Source: Candidatus Kaiserbacteria bacterium RIFCSPHIGHO2_01_FULL_54_36
Lineage (GTDB): Bacteria > Patescibacteriota > Minisyncoccia > Phycocordibacterales > UBA2100
Assembly: GCA_001781105.1 (NCBI GenBank)
Contig: MFKV01000007.1
Coordinates: 4,912 to 68,911, forward strand
Length of the DNA: 64,000 bases
Direction of reading: 5' to 3'
This document shows positions 57,431-64,000 of this stretch, one piece after another. Below the pieces are notes generated by a model. The model worked only from the letters and a program-made list of their open reading frames with translations. It was not told where the DNA came from and did no database searches. A program made the position numbers and the translations under genes. Every line of letters starts with the position of its first letter. Positions within the stretch are counted from its first letter, which is position 1.

Positions 57431-57886
57431 CTACGAGGAAACTACACTTTGCACAACCTCTTTCACAAGATTTCCGTCGGCTTGCCCGGCGAGCTCTTTC
57501 ATCACGGCGCCCGTGAGTTTACCTGCGCCTGAGGCATCGGTGATGCCAAGCTCTTCTTTCTTCGCGCGCGCGACTTTTTCTATCTCTTCACGACTGGCAC
57601 CTTGTGGCAAATATTCCTCGATGATCTTCAGCTCGTTCAGTTCTTTTTCCGCCAGCTCTACGCGGTTGCCTTTTGTGTACACATCGGCAGCTTCCTTACG
57701 TTGTTTCGCCAGCCGTTTCAAGACCGTAATCGCGTCAGCGTCGGCGATCTCTTCGGTAGGCTTTCTGCCTTTAGCAACGAGCTCGTTGGTAAACGCAGCT
57801 AGCGCCCCGCGGAGCGTGTCTACTCGTAGCGAGTCCCGCGCTTTCATCGCAGCGGTCATGTCGGTACGGATAGTTTGGTTTAGCAT
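57431..57886 (-). CDS. GatB/YqeY domain-containing protein
   Basis: Full-length similarity to the YqeY fold (MKARD...LRGALAAF...). Confidence 0.85.
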   Translation of the reverse strand: MLNQTIRTDMTAAMKARDSLRVDTLRGALAAFTNELVAKGRKPTEEIADADAITVLKRLAKQRKEAADVYTKGNRVELAEKELNELKIIEEYLPQGASREEIEKVARAKKEELGITDASGAGKLTGAVMKELAGQADGNLVKEVVQSVVSS

Positions 57887-57943
57887 TCGGACAGTATATC
57901 AAAAATTATTACCGCCGGGTTGGCCCCGGCGGCGTTTTCTTGG

Positions 57944-58033
57944 CTACCACCCGAAGGCAGTAGCGATAGATGGCCCCCAGCTGATGACGAGAACGAACAC
58001 GAACGTTGCCGCCACCATCAGCGGGTAATGCAT
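57944..58033 (-). CDS. possible 29-aa hydrophobic micro-protein
   Basis: GGAGA RBS, single TM segment, followed by a GC hairpin at 57911..57936. Short and unconserved, so speculative. Confidence 0.2.
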   Translation of the reverse strand: MHYPLMVAATFVFVLVISWGPSIATAFGW

Positions 58034-58189
58034 CGCTGTTTCTCCCTGATTGCGTTCCCCGATGTTGGGTGTACAGCCCGCGATTTTTCTTGTGTGAGTC
58101 TGCGTCAAACGCTAACAGTCGAAAGATGAACGAATTATGAATTATTTAGTGGATAAAACAGCAGAGTAGCGGTGTGATAGAATCCGCAC

Positions 58190-59230
58190 ATGGAATGGCT
58201 CGTGATCGCACTTCTTGTGGCAAATTTGGCGCTCTTGGCGTTCCTTTTTATGCGCAAACCTGCTGCACCCCTACAAGATCAGAGTGGGATGATTATGTTG
58301 CAGCAGCAGATGCAGGATCTTTCAAAGACACTCGACGCGCGAGTCGCAGAATCTTCAAAAACCATGCAAGAGAATTCTCATCGGCAATTCTCTGAGTCCG
58401 CTCGTCTTATTAAGGAAATCACCCAAGAAGTCACTTCGGTAAAGGAGATCGGGAGACAGACGGGAAAATTTGCTGAGCAACTTCAAAACTTACAAGATAT
58501 CCTCAAGAACCCGAAACAACGTGGCATCCTCGGCGAATATTACCTCGAGACCGTGCTCAAAAATGTCCTCCCTCCCGGCATGTACCAAATGCAGTACCCC
58601 TTCAAAAACGGCGAGATTGTCGACGCCGCCGTCTTTATCAACGAGAAAATTGTCCCTATCGATTCCAAGTTCTCACTTGATAACTACAACCGTCTTGTCC
58701 ATGCTCCCGATGCGGAGAGACCTGCATTTGAAAAAGCTTTCGTGAACGATCTCAAGCTTCGCATTCAGGAAACGGCTAAATACATTCGACCAGAGGAGAA
58801 TACAATGGACTTCGCCTTCATGTTTATCCCATCGGAAGGTATCTATTACGATTTGCTCACCAATCAGGTGGGTGCAGGCGAGGAAGAAAACCTTATCCAA
58901 CGTGCGGCCGGGAAGTACAAGGTCATCATTGTTTCGCCGACGTCATTCCTAGCCTACCTTCAGACGGTCATGCAGGGCTTAAAGGCTCTTCAAATAGAGA
59001 AACGCGCCGAAGAGATCCAAAAGCGTATAGGTGAACTCGTTAAACACATCGAATCCACGAACTCTTTCTATATAAAATTAGGTGCGGCGCTTGTAACTGT
59101 TGTATCTCATTATAATTCTGGCCACAAAGAACTTGCAAAAATCGACAAGGACGTTTATCGGATATCAGGTGACAGGGCAGAAGTTGAGCCCATCCTTCTA
59201 GAGAAGCCCAACCTCTCAATCGACGATTAA
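58190..59230 (+). CDS. rmuC: DNA recombination protein RmuC
   Basis: N-terminal TM helix, coiled-coil, and RmuC nuclease-like C-domain. Confidence 0.85.
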   Translation: MEWLVIALLVANLALLAFLFMRKPAAPLQDQSGMIMLQQQMQDLSKTLDARVAESSKTMQENSHRQFSESARLIKEITQEVTSVKEIGRQTGKFAEQLQNLQDILKNPKQRGILGEYYLETVLKNVLPPGMYQMQYPFKNGEIVDAAVFINEKIVPIDSKFSLDNYNRLVHAPDAERPAFEKAFVNDLKLRIQETAKYIRPEENTMDFAFMFIPSEGIYYDLLTNQVGAGEEENLIQRAAGKYKVIIVSPTSFLAYLQTVMQGLKALQIEKRAEEIQKRIGELVKHIESTNSFYIKLGAALVTVVSHYNSGHKELAKIDKDVYRISGDRAEVEPILLEKPNLSIDD

Positions 59231-59275
59231 AAAGAGTGCCCGCGCACGCGCGAGGGCAGTTGTCGGGAGGACCGG

Positions 59276-59389
59276 CTATTTGAATTGTTTGTACCAGGGG
59301 TTCACCCAATTGTGCGTCAAGTCATGGCCGATCACGGCAACGACGTAGACGACGGCGAGTGCCCCCAGGCCATACCCGAGGACGTTCAT
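59276..59389 (-). CDS. possible 37-aa single-TM micro-protein
   Basis: GGGAG RBS 8 nt before the ATG. Hydrophobic core GLGALAVVYVVAVIG. Confidence 0.3.
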   Translation of the reverse strand: MNVLGYGLGALAVVYVVAVIGHDLTHNWVNPWYKQFK

Positions 59390-59499
59390 GGCATTCTCCC
59401 TGCCTTGCCCCAACCGCGAGCATAATGGCTCAGGGTAGAAAAAGTGCAAGTGGCAATTGCGTAAATGGTGGATATCCGGTATAGTGCGCCGACAAATAT

Positions 59500-59818
59500 G
59501 GCTAAAATAGCTATCATCGAGACAGGTGGCAAACAATACGTTGTCGCAAAGGACAGCGTTCTCTACATTGAGAAATTGCCTGGCGAGCACAAAGTTGGAG
59601 CGAAGCTCACGTTCGACAAGGTTTTGCTTACTGATGACGGGAAAGCGACTCTGTTGGGCGCGCCATACGTCTCAGGCGCCAAAGTTTCTGCTGAGCTCGT
59701 GGAGGAAGGCCGCGACAAAAAAGTGACCGTCATCCGCTATCGCCCCAAAAGCCGCTATTTCAAAAAGAAAGGGCACCGCCAACCGTACGCGAAAGTGAAG
59801 ATCACGGCTTTGTCATAG
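59500..59818 (+). CDS. rplU: 50S ribosomal protein bL21
   Basis: MAKIAIIETGGKQYVV.. N-terminus and length diagnostic for bL21. Start taken at the internal MAKIAII. Confidence 0.9.
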
Positions 59819-59858
59819 TTTGATAAGAGGGAACCCCTGGCCGTGTACGACGAGGGGC

Positions 59859-60017
59859 TTAGGCGAGCAATCGAAGGAGCCATACTGTGCAGTACACGCC
59901 GGTGAAAAGCCACACAATGGCAAAACCCCGATTGCCTTGATCTATATTTTTTGTGAACATATATACACAGAAGCAACCCACCGCGAAGTAGACGTAAACG
60001 ATCGTCGGGTTGTACAT
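59859..60017 (-). CDS. possible 52-aa two-TM micro-protein
   Basis: GGAGGTG RBS 5 nt before the ATG. Hydrophobic hairpin. Confidence 0.4.
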   Translation of the reverse strand: MYNPTIVYVYFAVGCFCVYMFTKNIDQGNRGFAIVWLFTGVYCTVWLLRLLA

Positions 60018-60061
60018 GGTGCACCTCCGACCTTTGAGAGTAGACCTGTCCAACTCTAACG

Positions 60062-60664
60062 TCAACGCCTGCTTTCTATCGCGCTCTTGATGGTGTCGGG
60101 ATCTGCGTATTCCAATTCGCTGCCGGTCGAGAGCCCGCGGCCCAGCGCCGTAATCTTCAATGGTCGACCTCGTAGGTCGACCATTTTCTTTCTGACTTGT
60201 TCTGCAGTCGCGTCGCCCTCGGGATTCGCAGGGAATGCGAGTATGATTTCCATTAATCCCGCTTTTGTTCGAGCGGGCACGGCCTCAAGAAGCTGCTTCA
60301 TGCGCAAATTGTTGCCCGTATCGCTTGCGAGCGAGACAGTACCGCCGAGTACAAAGTAGTGCCCGCGGAAATTATGCGAATGTTCGAGGGCGGCAAGGTC
60401 CGCGTCACTTGCGACGACAGCGAGAAGTGAGGCATCACGTCCAGGATCCGTACAGATCGCGCAGACTTTCTCTTTTCCGCTAAAGAAGCGCATGCACTCT
60501 GCACACTGGTGCACCGAGCCGCCAAGCGATTGCACCGCATCCATTAGTTCGCGACGCGTCGCAGCGGAGGAGCGCAGCAAAAATTGCACGAATCGTTGCG
60601 CTTGGCGCGGACCGATACCGGGAAATCTTTCGAATAATTGAGTCAGTCGTTCTATCGAGTCCAT
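60062..60664 (-). CDS. recR: recombination protein RecR
   Basis: HhH motif FPGIGPRQAQR, C4 zinc finger CAECMRFFSGKEKVCAIC, Toprim domain. Contains the in-frame 25-nt palindrome at 60160..60184. Confidence 0.9.
   Translation of the reverse strand: MDSIERLTQLFERFPGIGPRQAQRFVQFLLRSSAATRRELMDAVQSLGGSVHQCAECMRFFSGKEKVCAICTDPGRDASLLAVVASDADLAALEHSHNFRGHYFVLGGTVSLASDTGNNLRMKQLLEAVPARTKAGLMEIILAFPANPEGDATAEQVRKKMVDLRGRPLKITALGRGLSTGSELEYADPDTIKSAIESRR
60160..60184. repeat. 25-nt palindrome ATGGTCGACCTCGTAGGTCGACCAT, in-frame inside recR (encodes MVDLRGRP)
   Basis: Identical to the uvrA and carA copies but read in a different frame. Confidence 0.85.
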
Positions 60665-60671
60665 ATATATG

Positions 60672-60761
60672 CCAATCTACGAATCATACGAATTCTACGA
60701 ATAACTACAAATGAACTACTATTCGTAGCCATTGGTAGATTGGAATTCATTTGTAAATTGG
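60672..60761 (+). repeat. composite inverted-repeat unit A (~90 nt) filling the recR-dnaB intergenic gap
   Basis: Ends CCAATCTACGAAT ... ATTTGTAAATTGG are inverted repeats. Internal 9-mers TCTACGAAT and ATTCGTAG are reiterated in both orientations. Confidence 0.65.
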
Positions 60762-60765
60762 AACT

Positions 60766-62160
60766 TCAAAACGGCGATTCGCCAGAGCCTGCAACTTCCG
60801 TTTCTTCAGGTTTGTAATCGCCGAAGTCGCTCCTATCAATAGAGAGGAAGGTCGTCTTTTCTTCGTCGAAGCGGAGCTCCACTTTGCCGACCGGCCCGTT
60901 GCGATGTTTTTCTACCAAGATCTCGGCAATGCCGGGCCGGTCGGAATTCTCATTCATCTTGTCGTCACGATGGATGAACATTACGACATCGGCGTCTTGT
61001 TCGATGGAGCCCGAATCGCGAAGATCCGATAGCCGTGGGCGGCCTCGTCGTTGCTCAACCGCGCGTGATAACTGCGAAAGTGCCAAGACGGGGATCTCAA
61101 GCTCGCGCGCCATAGCCTTGAGTGAGCGGGAGATCTCAGTGATCTGCTGTACCAGATTGTCGCTCGAGCGCGAATAGGTGGGGGTGATGAGTTGCAGATA
61201 ATCCACGATGATGAGCCCGAGGTCTTTTTCCATTTTGAGCCGGCGCGCGACACTACGCATTGCAAGGACGGTCGTCGAAGCCTTGTCGTCAATATAGATC
61301 GGTGCCTCAGCCAAAACTCCCATACCTGACTGCAATCGCTCGAATTCGTCTTCATCTTTTATCTTGCCGGTGCGAAGCCGCCATGAGTTGACGCCGGCCT
61401 GCGCGGCAAGCATGCGATCCACAAGCTGCTGGGAGCTCATCTCGAGCGAGAAGATGCCGACGGGCACGTTGTACTTCGTTGCGCTCTGGCGTGCGATGTC
61501 GAGCGCAAGGGCGGTTTTGCCCATTGAGGGGCGGGCGGCGAGTATGACGAGGTCGGATTTTTGGAAGCCGGCGAGCAAATTGTCGAGCTGAGGAAAGCCC
61601 GATGGCACGCCGCGAATGGAGCCGCTGTGCTTCTGGAGTCCCTCAAGCCGCTCCCATGCTTCAGCGAGCTCGTCTTTGATGGCAGTGAAAGAGCGCAGCA
61701 TCGGCGTCTGCGTCACGGAGAAAACTGCAGACTGTGCCTCGTCGAGGATCGTCTCGATATCCCGGTCCTCTTCAAAGCCCAGTTCTCCGACCTTCGCCGC
61801 GGCATCAATAAGGCTGCGCAATACGAATTTCGTCTGCACCCCTTGCGCATAATGCCGTGCCGAGCCGGGGCTCGCGGCTGCACCAACCATCTCGGAGAGG
61901 TATGCCGCCCCACCGATCTCGTTCAAGAGTTTGCGCTCCTTGAGCTTGCTAGAAAGCGTTACGACATCGATCGGTTCACCCTTCGCAAAAAGCGCAAGCA
62001 TGGCGTCGTATATAGTGCGATGTTTGCCGGCATAGAAGGAGTCCACGCCGACCAAGTCTGCGACCTCGTAGATCGCATTTTGGTTGAGCATGAGAGCTCC
62101 AAGGAGAGCTCGCTCCATTTCTATGTCTTGCGGCGGCGCTTTTACGCTGCTGGTTCCCAT
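60766..62160 (-). CDS. dnaB: replicative DNA helicase
   Basis: Walker A GARPSMGKT and DnaB N- and C-domains. 464 aa with no intein. Confidence 0.95.
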   Translation of the reverse strand: MGTSSVKAPPQDIEMERALLGALMLNQNAIYEVADLVGVDSFYAGKHRTIYDAMLALFAKGEPIDVVTLSSKLKERKLLNEIGGAAYLSEMVGAAASPGSARHYAQGVQTKFVLRSLIDAAAKVGELGFEEDRDIETILDEAQSAVFSVTQTPMLRSFTAIKDELAEAWERLEGLQKHSGSIRGVPSGFPQLDNLLAGFQKSDLVILAARPSMGKTALALDIARQSATKYNVPVGIFSLEMSSQQLVDRMLAAQAGVNSWRLRTGKIKDEDEFERLQSGMGVLAEAPIYIDDKASTTVLAMRSVARRLKMEKDLGLIIVDYLQLITPTYSRSSDNLVQQITEISRSLKAMARELEIPVLALSQLSRAVEQRRGRPRLSDLRDSGSIEQDADVVMFIHRDDKMNENSDRPGIAEILVEKHRNGPVGKVELRFDEEKTTFLSIDRSDFGDYKPEETEVAGSGESPF

Positions 62161-62241
62161 TGGTCCATCCTATCACGGTCGACTTTCCACGTTGCCGTGA
62201 GGCCGGGTCTAATATGTGTCTTTCGTGGGGACAATGAAGTC

Positions 62242-62337
62242 CTAATCTACGAATCATACGAATTCTACGAATGTCTACAAATTCGCGTGTATTTCATTCG
62301 TAGCTATTCGTAGATTGGCATCCATTTGTAGATTCGG
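62242..62337 (+). repeat. composite inverted-repeat unit B, upstream of dnaB and of the divergent HTH gene
   Basis: 29 nt identical to unit A (AATCTACGAATCATACGAATTCTACGAAT), then the same 9-mer motifs. Confidence 0.65.
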
Positions 62338-62424
62338 ACACATGGCTTGACTCTAGGCCATATCTTTGATAAAACGAAGCCACATTGGCTGAAATAGTCA
62401 ATATACCCAAAAAGACTACTGAAT

Positions 62425-63447
62425 ATGCTTTCATTTTCACCTAAGTCCGCCGCCAAAGACCTCCTCGCGGGGCTTCCTGAGCGATCCCGCCGGGTACTCG
62501 TTGATCGCTTTGGCCTGGGCACAAAGGGCGAGCGCCGCACCCTTGATGCGATCGGCCAGGAGTACGGGATAACCCGCGAACGCATCCGCCAGATCGAGAA
62601 TCACAGCATTACCTCGGTACGGGATTCCGATGCGTACGCTGCCCTCGTTCAGAACTGGGAGAATTTGAAAGCGGCCGTTGCCGCGCTTGGCGGTGTGCTC
62701 TCTGAAGAGACGATCCTTCACGAGCTTGCCAAAAATGAAGCCGACCGCAACCACCTTCTGTTCCTTCTCAGCGTCGGTCACCAATTCGACAACCGCCGTG
62801 AAGATGCGGATTACAAGGCTCGCTGGCACGTTGACGAGCAACTGGCAGAGGCGGTGGAAACGGCACTTTCCAATTTGTATGAATCGATCGAACCCAACAA
62901 GCTCACCGGGGAAGAGGAGTTCCTCGACCTGTTCGGCAAGCACTTGAAGCAAGAGGGCGTAAAGAACAAAGCACCGGAGATGCTCCCGCGCTGGCTTCAG
63001 ATCTCGAAGCGCATCGGGCGCAATCCGCTTGGCGAATGGGGCAGGCAAGATTCTCCGCACGTGCGCATCAAGAACACCCGCGATTTCGCGTATCTCACGC
63101 TCAAACGCCACGGCTCGCCGATGCACTTCACCGAGGTCGCAAAAAATATAGAAAAATTGTTCGGGCGCAAGACGCATCCTGCAACGACCCACAACGAGCT
63201 CATCAAAGACGGCCGATTCGTGCTCGTAGGCCGCGGGCTCTATGCGCTCAAGGAGTGGGGGTACGAGCCGGGCGTCGTGCGGGATGTCATTTCCGGGATA
63301 CTCAAGCGTGAAGGCCCCCTCTCGCGCGAAGAGATCGTCGAGCGCGTAAAGCGCGAGCGCTACGTGAAGGACGCGACCATCGCGGTCAATCTCCAGAACC
63401 CAATGTTCACTCGCACTTCGGAAGGGAAGTACTCGCTTTCAAAGTAA
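62425..63447 (+). CDS. DNA-binding protein with an N-terminal sigma-70 region-4-like HTH and a C-terminal HARE-HTH-like domain
   Basis: RRVLVDRFGLG...RTLDAIGQEYGITRERIRQIE is a region-4 signature. C-terminal ...RFVLVGRGLYALKEWGY matches the HARE-HTH pattern. Confidence 0.65.
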   Translation: MLSFSPKSAAKDLLAGLPERSRRVLVDRFGLGTKGERRTLDAIGQEYGITRERIRQIENHSITSVRDSDAYAALVQNWENLKAAVAALGGVLSEETILHELAKNEADRNHLLFLLSVGHQFDNRREDADYKARWHVDEQLAEAVETALSNLYESIEPNKLTGEEEFLDLFGKHLKQEGVKNKAPEMLPRWLQISKRIGRNPLGEWGRQDSPHVRIKNTRDFAYLTLKRHGSPMHFTEVAKNIEKLFGRKTHPATTHNELIKDGRFVLVGRGLYALKEWGYEPGVVRDVISGILKREGPLSREEIVERVKRERYVKDATIAVNLQNPMFTRTSEGKYSLSK

Positions 63448-63539
63448 GTTCCAATCTACAAATAACACCAATCTACCAATGGCTACGAATAGTGGCTCAT
63501 TTGTAGTTATTCGTAGTATTCGAATGATTCGTAGATTGG
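63448..63539 (-). repeat. composite inverted-repeat unit C (reverse-complement orientation), immediately after the HTH gene stop
   Basis: The reverse complement is about 90% identical to unit A over ~90 nt. Confidence 0.65.
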
Positions 63540-63744
63540 TACATGCTAAAATTAGCATGTGATCCATGAACACGAACAGACCGGTATCACGAGCGGGTCG
63601 AGATTGAAAGGATCATTTCTTGGCCCCCTTTTTAGTTTCAATCTACACTCGTTCGTAGACGACTTTTGGGGCAATGGGTGGGGTATTTCCCGATGCCTCA
63701 TTCTGAGCATCATTTTCTGGGGACTTTTTGCAGTCCTTGGGAAC

Positions 63745-64000
63745 ATGATCCCAAATCTTCCGCTTTTCGCCTTCGAGTGGCTCCTCGGCACGGCGCCTAT
63801 ATGGCTTCCCGTCGTACTACTGGTGAGTGCCTGGAAGATCTGGATGTGGTACATACACAGCAACTACATCTTCAAGCGCGATACGATGCTTCTCGAGGTA
63901 AAGATGCCCCGCGAGATCACCCGCTCGCCGCGCGCCATGGAGAACGCTTTGTCCAAGTTATGGACGGACTCAGGCGAGACAACGTTTTTCAATACCGCGT
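63745..64000 (+). CDS. 5' part of a hydrophobic-protein gene running off the window end
   Basis: Open frame MIPNLPLFAFEWLLGTAPIWLPVVLLVSAWKIWMWY... with no stop before the window edge. Alternative TTG/GTG starts lie upstream. Confidence 0.35.
   Translation, partial: MIPNLPLFAFEWLLGTAPIWLPVVLLVSAWKIWMWYIHSNYIFKRDTMLLEVKMPREITRSPRAMENALSKLWTDSGETTFFNTA

Noticed and set aside
1-64000. CRISPR arrays, IS elements, integrases and prophage genes
   Set aside because: No run of regularly spaced identical direct repeats and no transposase or integrase ORF was seen. The repeat families present are single dispersed units without spacers.

Overview
This is a 64-kb chromosomal window from a moderately high-GC bacterium (about 57-60% GC, judged by eye) with small-genome character. 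The gene content (peptidoglycan genes ddl, murB, sortase and an M23 peptidase; a UvrC with no C-terminal HhH domain; stand-alone GIY-YIG proteins; sparse metabolism) is compatible with a Patescibacteria/CPR-like lineage, but that is inference only. I call roughly 70 CDSs, mostly housekeeping: nucleotide-excision repair (uvrB, uvrA, uvrC), recR, dnaB and rmuC; lysS and tyrS; pyrimidine (carA, carB, pyrB) and purine (purF) biosynthesis; pentose-phosphate (zwf, gnd); obg, tgt, a cold-shock protein, a Gly-rich RRM protein and bL21; two hybrid sensor kinases, two ArsR paralogues, an ABC-2 exporter, an MFS and a ZIP transporter. There are two tRNAs, Gln(TTG) and Ala(TGC). No CRISPR array, IS element or integrase was recognised. 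Three repeat families are the main unexplained structure:
(i) a 25-nt perfect palindrome (ATGGTCGACCTCGTAGGTCGACCAT, plus one compensatory variant) sits in-frame inside four essential genes (uvrA, carB, carA, recR);
(ii) a ~137-nt MITE-like element with ~22-nt terminal inverted repeats occupies three precise intergenic gaps, and its 3' end supplies the ATG of the downstream gene;
(iii) a ~90-nt composite inverted-repeat unit occurs three times, bracketing dnaB and a gene for a sigma-70 region-4 / HARE-HTH protein.
Other points:
- a canonical sigma-70 promoter plus two terminator-like hairpins lies in the carA leader (candidate pyrimidine attenuator);
- twin identical-arm hairpins sit before pyrB;
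- there are palindromic ArsR operators;
- an adenylating enzyme fused to an unknown domain starts 3 nt after tRNA-Ala and is followed by a strongly SD-led 61-codon ORF;
- several genes have atypical composition.
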